Source of the DNA: Octopus vulgaris
Lineage: Eukaryota
NCBI GenBank assembly: GCA_951406725.2
Contig: OX597823.1
Span: 70,866,001 to 70,930,000, forward strand
DNA length: 64,000 nt
Direction of reading: 5' to 3'
Shown: piece by piece, positions 42,134 to 53,780 of the stretch
Layout of the letters: the number at the start of each line of letters is the position of its first letter
How positions within the stretch are numbered: the stretch's first letter is position 1
Made by a program: the position numbers and the translations under genes
Notes under the pieces: model-generated
What the model was told of the DNA's origin: nothing
The model's database searches: none
What the model saw: the letters and a program-made list of their open reading frames with translations, nothing else

Positions 42134-42335
42134 AGCCAAACATGAAAACACAAAGAGAAAACACAACAACGCGAGAACGTGGAACAAGTATAGTGTTATT
42201 GGACGCTCAAGAAAGGAAAGAAAGAAGAAGAATTTAACGTTTAGAGCGGAGCTCTTCGTCAGAAACATAGGAAAAGGAAAGATCCAAGGAAAGGAAAAGG
42301 GAGGAAAAAATCGCCAACGATACACACGCGGTCAT
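42001..42335. repeat. Inverted pair of family D repeats around (TA)n
   Basis: 42001-42100 on plus and 42129-42335 on minus; degenerate hammerhead motif at 42233-42265 on minus. Confidence 0.8.
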
Positions 42336-42344
42336 ACACACAAA

Positions 42345-42879
42345 TACAAGAGATACTGAGAAGTTCAACTCAGGCAGACATCGATTGGTGTATATATATA
42401 TACGGATTTAATATGATAGAATTGTCTAAAACATATTAATACATTCAGAATATAAAGATATAGAAATATAGAAATATATATGAATGTTAGAAATATGTAA
42501 GGACAAATATATATATATAAATATATGAATTTAATAGAGTATAGATAAAAAATAGATAAGAATAATGAAATATAGCAACACATTTCTTTAAAAAATTATC
42601 ACTCCCTCCATTCCATAATATATTTTGAATTTTTTGAAGAAATGTCTTGCTCTATTTCATTATTCTTATCTATATTTTTATCTATACTCTATTATATTTA
42701 TATATCTATATATTTATTTGTCCTTGCATATTTCTAACATTCATATATATTTTGATATTTCTATATCTTTATATTCTGAATGTATTAATATATGTTTTAG
42801 ACAATTCTATCACATTAAATTCGTATATGTATACACCAATCGTAGTCTCCTTGAACTGAACTTCTCTGTCTTTCTTGTA
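42345..42879. repeat. Diverged AT-rich fold-back
   Basis: Inverted arms of about 250 bp with a spacer of about 30 bp near 42598-42628. Confidence 0.85.
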
Positions 42880-43339
42880 CTTGTCTAGCGTCTCGGGTTT
42901 GACTCAAGCAATTCCATGCTTTCTATGCTTTTCTAAAAAAAAAAAATTATAATTATATATATATATATATGGCGGTTCCCCAGCATGGCCACAGCTTGTG
43001 AGCTGAAACTAAAAAAAAAAAAGAAAATGGGTGTGTGTATGTGTGTGTGTATGTGTGTGTGTGTACAGTGAAATCGATAAAAAGAGTAGAATGAATTTGC
43101 TCTAAGGAGTCGAAAATCCAACGTTTCGGACAGTTCTTGAGGGGAAAAGCTGAAAGGAGAAAAATTGATGAGTGACAGTGGAGATCCTCTGAGTTAAAAA
43201 CACTGGTTGCAATTTATAAAGTTCTCTGAATGACTATATCCAATACGGTAGATTTCCCAATCTTTACGACAGGTTCACTGTACCTATTGTATCAATTTTT
43301 ACACGTACCTCACTGTAGTCTGTTTGATCATATATATAA

Positions 43340-43755
43340 GGGTCAGGAGTGGTTGTGTCGTAAGTAGCTTGCGTACCAACCACATGGATCCGGGTTCAGT
43401 CCCACTGCGTGGCACCTTGGGCAAGTGTTTTCTACTATAGTCTCAGGCAGACCAAAGCCTTGTGAATGGATTTGGTAGACGGAAACTGAAAGAAGCCCGT
43501 TGTATATATGTATATAGATATATATATGTGTGTGTGTGTGTGTATGATTGTGTGTCTGTGTTTGCCCGCCAACATCGCTTCACAGCCGATGCTGGTGTGT
43601 TTACATCCCCGTAACCTAGCGGTTCGGCAAAAGAGACTGATAGAATAAGTACTAGGCTTACAAAAATAGGTCCTGGGGTCGATTTCTTCGATTAAAGGCG
43701 GTGCTCCAGCATTGCCGCAGTCAAATGACTGAAACAGGTAAAAGAGTATAAGAGT
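43340..43755 (+). mobile_element. SINE family A, full length
   Basis: Head gggttcagtccc, ccttgggcaagt motif, aaagagta tail. Confidence 0.9.
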
Positions 43756-43765
43756 ATGTATGTAT

Positions 43766-43870
<105 letters not shown>

Positions 43871-44633
43871 TGTTGTGTATGTGTGTGTGTGTGTGTGTGT
43901 GTATACACACATACATATATTTACTGTTTATTTTCTCTTATTCCTTTCTATTGAAGAGCGTAGGTTCGAAACGTAAAAGACTTTTTCATATTCCCGAGCG
44001 TCAAACTAATACACTTGCTTGTTGTTCATGCACCTATCTTCGTCTTTTGTTTTTCTATAAGTTTCAACTATATATATATATATATATATAAATATATATG
44101 AGAAGTAATTAACATTCAGTTGAAATAGATATTTAATTTGAAGCACCAAGTCAGTCCGGTATTACCCGCACAGCTCAAACTAACGTGATTAAAATCAAAA
44201 TATGTAACAGGGTGCCAAGCACTAATGCAGTTTCAAGCGGGTTCATTTAACTGAACAAGACAATCATTATATCCATTTACATACAGTGCTATCTTCAGCA
44301 GCTCAAATATGGATTTTCAACAGACAAAATATATTAATATAATTTTTCTTAAATATTTTAACAGAGCATGAGGATGGAAGAATTTCATGTTGTCACTATT
44401 GTAACAAGAATAGCCAAGAGATCAACAAACTACAATTTTTAGAGTGGCATAGTACATAGTGGGTGTCATAGGGTTGTAACTAATTTCCAACTTATCTATC
44501 TCGTTATCATCCACAAAAACAGTCGTGCTGCATTTCTACTTGACTTCCTGTTACTTATTTCGATTACATATATATATATATATGTTTATTTATTTATTTA
44601 TATATATATGTATTTATATACACATATATATAA

Positions 44634-44666
<33 letters not shown>

Positions 44667-44835
44667 ACATAAGGGACTAAAGCCATCTGAATATGGCTAG
44701 GGACAGGGCAGGGTGGTGGGGGTGTTACTGTTGCATTTAGCCCCAGGCGAACATCGACGTCACCAGAAAGGCTCGACACCGTCACGGTGCCCTAAACCTG
44801 CAAAGGGAGGTAATTCCCCGATGAAGCGGAAACCA

Positions 44836-44881
44836 CACACGGACCATGGTTTCAAGGTGTATTGCCTATCATCGGCGTGTG
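44836..44881 (-). ncRNA. Hammerhead variant (CCGAUGA core), array copy 1
   Basis: cacacg CCGATGA t agg caataca cct t GAAA ccatgg TC cgtgtg. Confidence 0.65.
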
Positions 44882-45195
44882 GTAGGCCTCCGCTTCCTCG
44901 ACGAATTCTCCCTCTGCAGGATTTTCTTATATAGATTTTCAAGCAAAATACATTTGCTGATTTCGAAAATCTGTTCGAAAGCAATAATAATTCTCTAAAA
45001 GGGATATAGACAGTAACTGCTCGATAACATAAGGGACTAAAGCCATCTGAATATGGCTAGGGACAGGGCAGGGTGGTGGGGGTGTTACTGTTGCATTTAG
45101 CCCCAGGCGAACATCGACGTCACCAGAAAGGCTCGACACCGTCACGGTGCCCTAAACCTGCAAAGGGAGGTAATTCCCCGATGAAGCGGAAACCA

Positions 45196-45241
45196 CACAC
45201 GGACCATGGTTTCAAGGTGTATTGCCTATCATCGGCGTGTG
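45196..45241 (-). ncRNA. Hammerhead variant, array copy 2
   Basis: Identical to copy 1, 360 nt away. Confidence 0.65.
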
Positions 45242-45652
45242 GTAGGCCTCCGCTTCCTCGACGAATTCTCCCTCTGCAGGATTTTCTTATATAGATTTTC
45301 AAGCAAAATACATTTGCTGATTTCGAAAATCTGTTCGAAAGCAATAATAATTCTCTAAAAGGGATATAGACAGTAACTGCTCGATAACATAAGGGACTAA
45401 AGCCATCTGAATATGGCTAGGGACAGGGCAGGGTGGTGGGGGTGTTACTGTTGCATTTAGCCCCAGGCGAACATCGACGTCACCAGAAAGGCTCGACACC
45501 GTCACGGTGCCCTAAACCTGCAAAGGGAGGTAATTCCCCGATGAAGCGGAAACCACACACGGACCATGGTTTCAAGGTGTATGTATTTTGCTTGAAAATC
45601 TATATAAGAAAATCCTGCAGAGGGAGAATTCGTCGAGGAAGCGGAGGCCTAC

Positions 45653-45698
45653 CACACGCCGATGATAGGCAATACACCTTGAAACCATGGTCCGTGTG
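45653..45698 (+). ncRNA. Hammerhead variant, array copy 3
   Basis: Same motif on the plus strand; predicted cut after C45692. Confidence 0.65.
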
Positions 45699-46012
45699 TG
45701 GTTTCCGCTTCATCGGGGAATTACCTCCCTTTGCAGGTTTAGGGCACCGTGACGGTGTCGAGCCTTTCTGGTGACGTCGATGTTCGCCTGGGGCTAAATG
45801 CAACAGTAACACCCCCACCACCCTGCCCTGTCCCTAGCCATATTCAGATGGCTTTAGTCCCTTATGTTATCGAGGAGTTACTGTCTATATCCCTTTTAGA
45901 GAATTATTATTGCTTTCGAACAGATTTTCGAAATCAGCAAATGTATTTTGCTTGAAAATCTATATAAGAAAATCCTGCAGAGGGAGAATTCGTCGAGGAA
46001 GCGGAGGCCTAC

Positions 46013-46058
46013 CACACGCCGATGATAGGCAATACACCTTGAAACCATGGTCCGTGTG
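46013..46058 (+). ncRNA. Hammerhead variant, array copy 4
   Basis: Same motif; predicted cut after C46052. Confidence 0.65.
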
Positions 46059-46272
46059 TGGTTTCCGCTTCATCGGGGAATTACCTCCCTTTGCAGGTTT
46101 AGGGCACCGTGACGGTGTCGAGCCTTTCTGGTGACGTCGATGTTCGCCTGGGGCTAAATGCAACAGTAACACCCCCACCACCCTGCCCTGTCCCTAGCCA
46201 TATTCAGATGGCTTTAGTCCCTTATGTTATCGAGCAGTTACTGTCTATATCCCTTTTAGAGAATTATTATTG

Positions 46273-46315
<43 letters not shown>

Positions 46316-46331
46316 TATTTACATATATATA

Positions 46332-46368
<37 letters not shown>

Positions 46369-46371
<3 letters not shown>

Positions 46372-46570
46372 ATTGCAGCGTGGAAGGTGTTTATAAGCCA
46401 TTTAAGAAATACACAAAACCCGTTCGATTCACTTCAACATTTAAGTTTAATTTGTCAAAATATTTTCGTCGCTAAAATCCACGACCTGTTCACTGACAAA
46501 AATCCGTGCTGCATCTGAGAAAGTAACAGTTAGTTCGTCATATATATGTACGTATGTATGTGTATGTATG
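46369..46570 (-). repeat. Left inverted arm (family G) around the Penelope fragment
   Basis: Reverse complement of about 48923-49119; also matches 60680-60830. Confidence 0.9.
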
Positions 46571-47455
46571 CATACACATATGTATGCATGTATGTGTGTA
46601 TGTATGTATGTATGTATGCATGTACGTACATACGCCTGTGTATGCATGTATGTATGTATGTATATATGTATGTGTGTGTATACGCACGCACATGCACACT
46701 ATAAACATAAAGCTATAAACCTGTAGTGATGGCTAGATGTAGAGTGACCACTCATCATAATGATATCAAATTTCAACTTCCACCGCCGAAGCCAGGAAGT
46801 GATTTACGACCCTCACTCCCAAAACTATACCCTAAAACCTATTATCAGATATTTATCTCTATATCACAGAACTTTTGTTTTACTATTGTGCGTATGTATG
46901 TATGTATGTATGTATGTATGTATGTATGTATGTATGTATGTATGTATGTATGTATGTATGTGTGTGTGTATGTACATACGTACGCATGTGCGTATGTATG
47001 TATACGCGCACGTATGCATGTGCCCATGTATGTGTGTGCGTACATGTACGTGCGTATGTACGTGTGTATGCCCATACGTAGGTATGTATGTATGTTTGTA
47101 TTCATGTGCTACGTATGTATGTGAGTGTCTAGGAGAATGGGCAGATGTGTCCGTGAGAGTGTGTACATGTGTATGTGTATGTGAACGTATGTCCGTGTAC
47201 TGGCATGTGTCCGTCCAAGTTGTGTACATGACTGTTACTTTGTTGAAGGTTGTATACATATTCACATATATGTTTGTATAGCCGCACACACATATATATA
47301 TATATGTGTGGGTGTGTGTTTGTTCCTCTCATCACCGTCTAACCGTGAATGGATACAACGCCTAAGTGCAACTGTACGTATCAAACAACGTACGCTCATA
47401 CGGTTATATATAACTGCACATACGCATTGCAACCTGTATGTAAGGACTACAAGTA

Positions 47456-47521
<66 letters not shown>

Positions 47522-47523
47522 GG

Positions 47524-48922
47524 TTATAGAATAGTCCTTCTGAATGGGATCTGGATGTTATTCCATTCGAATTTTCGGTTGAGAGTAGGTTTGTATTCTT
47601 GTATACAAACAGCTTCTGTGACCTGTCTCAACATTGCATCGGTGGGATGTGTTGATAGGATGTTCAACTTAAGTTTCCCTAAGGATCCCTTGTGGCAGTC
47701 TACAGCATGTTGGTAGAAGATGGAGTTTGGCTTCCTTTCAATGTAGTTGTCCAGGTGTTCTTTGAACCTATCATTGATGCTTCTAGAAGTCTCACCTATG
47801 TATGACTCTGGGTTAGTCGCGCAAGCTCCCTCCTGGCACTTAATCTGGTATACAGTGCCCTTGGTTTTACAATTTACATGTGGATTTGTCGAACATATTG
47901 CGCAATTACTTTGACAGGTGATTCTATCAAATGGATATGATCTGCATAATGCCGATTTGATAGTCCTACCTGTCTTTTCTACAACTTTAATTTTTAGGCC
48001 AGTAGTGCGCAGGATTTTCTTGAATGCCTTACTTAGCTCGTTCTTAGGTGTGGCGTCAACGAACATTACTCCGTGAAATCTCCTGTTATCGTACCAAGTA
48101 ACGTTTCTCATCCTTTTGTTGGTGTCCCTCTCTAACCTATTCCAGAACTTGTTGCGGTATAGGGGGCATATACCGTTTTCGTCGTTCCTTAGAATGCGTT
48201 CAAATCTAGCTTTCGCTCTTATTGTACACCCTGACTCTATCGTCTTGTGTGTATCCGGAGCGTTGCATTTGGAATATGTAGTGCTGGATGTGTTATTGTC
48301 GTTCTTGTGGTTGGCATAGTGGTGATACATTCCTCATTACTCTAATTAAATCTGCCACTAGGATGTTGAGTTTGGCAGTATCCGACATAACTGAGTCACT
48401 ACGGATTACTAGTGGATTAGCCATCGGTTTCTGATAGTGTGAGTGGAGTATACAGGGTTTAATGGTTCCATTAACCATAGCATCTTCCATCCATAGCTCA
48501 GTATCTAGGACGGGTAATCGTTTACTGGGGTGTTTAGAGGGGTAGTCTATGGTAAATTTTATACTGCTGTGGATAGAGTCAGCTATGTGTTGTATAGATG
48601 TCATCACCTGTTCTTCACTTGGTAGAGGGCCCATAACTGTGTCTGTATTATATTTCACAAGGTTAATGTCGTCGACGTAACGAGAGTACATAGCCAAGTG
48701 GATGTTACGGTTTGCTAGGCACTGTTTAAAATGTTTGTCCCCCCATACCATGAAGAGGTTTGCAACGTCACCGGCGATCCCCACTCCAATAGCACCGCCT
48801 TTCGTCTGCCGATACAGTTTGTTGTCAAACTTAAAATTATGTGTTTTTAGCGTAAATCTCAGGCTTACACCGATAGCATGTGCTATGGTGGTTCTAATAT
48901 CAAGTGCACTTGACATTAGAAC
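47524..48922 (-). pseudogene. Penelope-like element RT (C-terminal half) plus GIY-YIG endonuclease, frameshifted
   Basis: FKFDNKLYRQTKGGAIG, RYVDDI, LPVLD; Cys-rich linker CQSNCAIC..NCK (Neptune-like); VYQIKC..YIGETSRSINDRFKEH..EAVCI..KPTLN; frameshift near 48300-48330. Confidence 0.92.
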
Positions 48923-49175
48923 CATACATACACACATACATACGTACATATATATGACGAACTAACTGTTACTTTCTCAGATGCAGCACGGATTTTTGTC
49001 AGTGAACAGGTCGCGGATTTTAGCGACGAAAATATTTCGACAAATTAAACTTAAATGTTGAAGTGAATCGAACGGCGTTTGTGTGTTTCTTAAATGGCTT
49101 ATAAACACCTTCCACGCTGTTTTCGTTTCAGCACACTATCTCAGATCAAATTACTTGCCATGCGAGTACATCTCC

Positions 49176-49178
<3 letters not shown>
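48923..49178 (+). repeat. Right inverted arm (family G) with tail
   Basis: Inverted partner of 46369-46570; the tail is shared with 60930-60990. Confidence 0.9.
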
Positions 49179-49222
<44 letters not shown>

Positions 49223-49948
49223 CACATACATACATATATATATACATATATATATAATATATATACATATATATATATTCATACATACATACATACATAT
49301 ATATATGTATATACACATTTATATACATAATAATGAAGATAAAAAGAATGGGTGTTTTGCGTATTATGACACATGTTTCCGTTGCTAATGTTAATTAGAA
49401 CACGTATACATTAAATAAGTTGTCATGTAACATGCAAAATTATGCAATATGGAGAGGATGTGCTTTCATAAAGCCTCACTTCTTCAAGTAATAACATCTT
49501 CGAATATTTTTAGGCTACATGCCACCAAAAGTTAAGCGACACATGTCAATACAGTGAAGCGATTAAAAATATATAGAATACTGAATTCGAAAGATTTAGA
49601 AACAGTGAGTACGTATATTCAAGCCAGCAACCAATCGCGTCCACTATTTTACATGCAAAACCGATTCATTTCATGCAGTCTTCGAGCGGGAAGTGGTCAA
49701 AATATTAGTTCATTACATTAGAAATAAATAAGAGTGAGGCGATGGCTTAATACTTTGACAAGGGTCAATTAGATTATCTGTCGCTCCTTATCACTAAAAG
49801 TAGCTTGCGGTTTTTCAACATCATATATTAGAAGAATTGACGTTAAAGAGAATATTAGCGAACCTATTGTTAAGATGTTACGTCAAGGGGATAACGTTTC
49901 AATATCTTAATGTGTATGGCGATTATTATGGCTGATTGAGTACAAATA

Positions 49949-50160
49949 CAAGGAGGTACAGAAAAGTTCCTGACATTGAGGATATCGCGAAAGTTCTGGT
50001 TGGAGGCCTAACCTTTCGTTTCTTTTACAAGGCTTAGAAAAACTCATGGATCGCTGCAATAAGTGAGGCTGAGAGAGGAATATGTTGAATAAAATTATAA
50101 TTAACTGATTTTCCTGTATTTTCTTTTACTCAAAACCAGGAACTTTTAAGCACTACCTCA
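49949..50160 (+). mobile_element. Short degenerate mariner derivative
   Basis: Imperfect TIRs gaggtacagaaaagttcctg / ccaggaacttttaagcactacctc; internal remnant resembling a transposase C-terminus (GLEKLMDRCNK..EYVE*). Confidence 0.65.
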
Positions 50161-50551
50161 ATTAGTAGTAGTAGTAGCAGTAGTTATGTAGCAGTAGTTA
50201 TGTAGCAGTAATAGTAGTTACATAATTGATGTTAAGTAGTAGTAGTAGTAGTAGTAGCAGTAGTAATGCAAGGCCACGTACGCAAATGCATACATAAATA
50301 CTCATAGAAAAGTTAAGTTAGAAATTACAAAGGTTTTTGTATCTCTGCTTTAAGAAATATTTAAATTCATCAAGATGGGAAAAGAATAATTAATCGGCAA
50401 TAGAACTTGGAGGAACTAAACAGTCCTGAGTATTGGAACAAAAAAACAAAGCACAAAAACAAAAAAAAACAAGGGCTAATATTAAACTTAATTCATAATG
50501 ATATTTATGATTCAGAATATTTTTCAAAAAGAATAATTGTAGAATATATAA

Positions 50552-50644
<93 letters not shown>

Positions 50645-50854
50645 ATGACCGGTAATGGTATCATTGAAACCCAAAGGTGCCAGGTAATGCTGAATAAGTG
50701 TATAGATGAACCGCAGTTAAGTTCCAGGTTCGGTGATTATGCGAATAAGGGGTTCAATGTTGGTCATATGTCAGCGTGTGTATATAAAAATTTTATTTCG
50801 TAAGGAGATAAGAAACCATGACTGTGTAGATTTTAGGACATTTATTGATAGAAG

Positions 50855-50902
50855 GTCTTACACCGGTTTCCAGGATATTTATTATTTCTCTTCATCGGAG
50901 AC
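50855..50902 (-). ncRNA. Hammerhead motif with CCGAUGA core, second family
   Basis: gtct CCGATGA agagaaataataaatatcctg GAAA ccggtg TA agac; stem II is weak. Confidence 0.5.
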
Positions 50903-53496
50903 GGTGTGAGAGGATGGTTAAGAAATAGTGAATTTAGATAAGATATAAAATAGAGAGTGAGGTAGAGGAAATAAAAGAAAATAGATGTGAGATATGTAGG
51001 GATATTGCATGTGTAGATCCATTCTTTTTAGGCTGAATGGTATACGTATAATATTCCAATACCTTATGAGTAAAATCCAATAGAATTTAAAATTGGTCAT
51101 TCCACATGTAGAGTTTATACACAATGTTATTGAATCCAGGGTTGTGATCAAAGTGACCTAAAAATAGGGAGTGTATTAGTAGGGTCAAATCGAAAACAGG
51201 AAGAGAAGAATGGAGAAAGAGAAAAAGAGAAAAAAGAGAGAATAAGGAGAAGAAACTAAGAAGAAAAATAATAAAGTAACAAAATAATATAATAAAAAGT
51301 AAAATAAAACAGGAAGAGAGGAATAAAGGTAAAAAAGAAAAAGAAAAAGGAAAACAAAGATATAGATATGGCAACTCCGAATTTGCTAGTCTTGTGCCAA
51401 AAATTGAAGCCAATAATCAGTTATCTCCTGCGGCACGTCTTAATGTTTCAATGAAGTGTTAGTTTTTCTTTCGGAGGAGGATGACTTTCATTTTATCAAC
51501 AAGTCTCATACAATTTATTTCGGCTCCCTCAACTCTCTTCACCTCTGATAAGACCTTGTGTCTTTCAGTGTTATTAAGACTTTCAAATCCATATCAACCG
51601 CTCCCTAATCACAGGCCGCATTCCGACAATCCCGCGCTAAACTCCCACCAATACTGCAATGTAAAACTGACAACTCCCTACAGATCTACATCGTTTCTAA
51701 TATCACTGATTATCTTTCCAGTATTTCTGTGCCCTATTCCATCTTGTGTGTATGTAGACTCTTTTCAAAATATACAGATTTCACAAATATAAGAATTCAT
51801 TGTAATTTCTAAGTTTCTGTGTTACTGTTTCTCTTCTGCTACATGTCTCGAATTTTGCAACATAGATTTGCATCATCCAATATATTTAATTATCATGCCG
51901 GTTCAGAAAAGTACCATAAATTATCAGTTAAGCTAATTAATTATTCTAATTAATTATTCTATTCAAAATTAAGCAATTAACGAAGTAACAAAGAAGAAAC
52001 AACTGAAGTGTACCATATTAGAAATCTGCAGTAAACTGCTTGTATTCTTTAATTTGTCGAATAGCTGGTTGACGCCATCAAATTAAATGTAGACATCTTG
52101 ATTTATCGAACTGATTTGCCGGTATACATAATCTATCATAGGTTATAAGATAACACTGTAAAATAACTATTTAATGAAATACCATCAACAAATGCACCTT
52201 GATTTAATTCTTAAATCACGTGTGCACAGACTTTTACACATGCCTTCTTTTTTCGGTAACTTCACAAGCTGTCAGGGGACGATTTTACCAGAGCATGATT
52301 TTCACTTCCACGATGTACTCATTGGCGGTTGTCGTGCAAAACCGTCCACATTTGAGAGGGATTTCAATAATGTCATCTTCGATTTGAAACTCTGTTAATG
52401 CACAAATATTACTTACAGTTCAGTTGATTTTCTTAAACGGACTGTTGTAGAAGTAGCAATAAGTCCGTAAAAGTTTTTCCCACTTAAAAATAGAAGTCTT
52501 CAGTATGAAATGGCGAAAAATCGCCAATTATTTTTGATAAGGTATCTCTAGTAAAAGTAAATTCATAACTACCTGATGTAGCGCGGCGTAGCTATAAGTA
52601 GATGGAAGATCAAAGCCACCCGCACAGCACTGTAGTCGGAAACACACTACGTCGACTTGCTGGCGCACTGATTCTTTTTGTCAGACGTCATATATAGGTT
52701 GCTAGATCTGTAGAAATGATCGTGTTCGGAATGCTTTTGATGAACGGGACTGGTTTATCACGACCGACTTGTGTTAAATTGCATAAGTGGTCGATCAGAT
52801 CGGACCGAGCTACTCAATGCAAACTGATATGCTAATGTCTTTAAATCATCCATGTATCAGATAAATACATTGATTAGATGCAGTAAAAGCAGTCTCTCTC
52901 TGTATAGCCATATGCGTATCCGGATTTAACTTACTTTTGATAGCATCATAATATCATAGAAAAAAAAAAGTACTATCTTTTTGAGTAGCTTCACTGCTTC
53001 GAAATTTTAAGAAGTGAGAAACGTCCATCTTGATGTTCATGCCTTTCCTATGGCGTGTTGTGAATAAAATAAAAAGATTATTACTGTGAATTGATAAAAA
53101 AAGAAAGTACCGCAATTAATCTTCAGCTCAATATCATCCATGAAGTAAAATTATTTATGGATAATATTAAACGAACATCACGCGTTTTCTCATAGTAAGA
53201 AATCAATATGAAGCAACCGTTATATATCTACCAAACCATCGATATAACTATAACTCCGAAATTAATCTGCCTCTGAAATCTTTCACATCCAGTCTGTGTC
53301 TCATTCTTTTGTTATCTCCATCATTCTCTCACTCTTTTATCTCCCCCAGTCTCCTCTCGATTCCTCTCTAACAATACATAAATGCAGAGGCATAATTACA
53401 TATTCAAGTGAAACGACTGATACCATAATGAACTACCAGTTCATAAGTATTGAGTTCAAACCCACAGCATGTTCTTAATGTTTTCTTATCTTGATC

Positions 53497-53575
<79 letters not shown>

Positions 53576-53720
53576 TCCTTCTTTCTTTCTTTCTTTCTTT
53601 CTTTTTTTCTTTCTTTCTTTCTTTCCTTCTTTCCTTCTTTCTATCAGTATTGTTTTCTTAATTTCTTTATTGATATCTTAATTTCTTTCATACTTCTCTT
53701 TTCCATTTTCTTTTGCTCTC

Positions 53721-53773
<53 letters not shown>

Positions 53774-53780
53774 CTCTTTT
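53497..53780. repeat. (TTTC)n and (CT)n polypyrimidine microsatellites
   Basis: Direct observation. Confidence 0.9.

Larger units (their letters stand above)
44664..46274. mobile_element. 360-bp tandem plus inverted array, retrozyme-like
   Basis: About 2.55 units (44664-45582), then about 1.93 units inverted (45581-46274); one visible substitution at 45875; (TA)n on both sides; one hammerhead motif per unit. Confidence 0.9.

Noticed and set aside
44815-44856. Apparent hammerhead on the opposite strand of the monomer (ccgatga agcg gaaa cca..tggt)
   Set aside because: There is no stem II and no stem I pairing; it is a by-product of the rod symmetry.
44664-46274. CRISPR array or ordinary satellite interpretation
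   Set aside because: There are no unique spacers and the context is eukaryotic. The few copies, the inversion and the TA flanks fit an insertion better than a satellite.
44594-46396. Repeated 68-113 aa ORFs in the 360-bp array
   Set aside because: They are short, mostly begin at non-ATG codons, show no recognisable motifs, and recur only because the DNA repeats.
49355-49495. Degenerate hammerhead on the minus strand (TTGAAGA...GAAAcatgtgTC)
   Set aside because: The core is mutated and stem II is not pairable.
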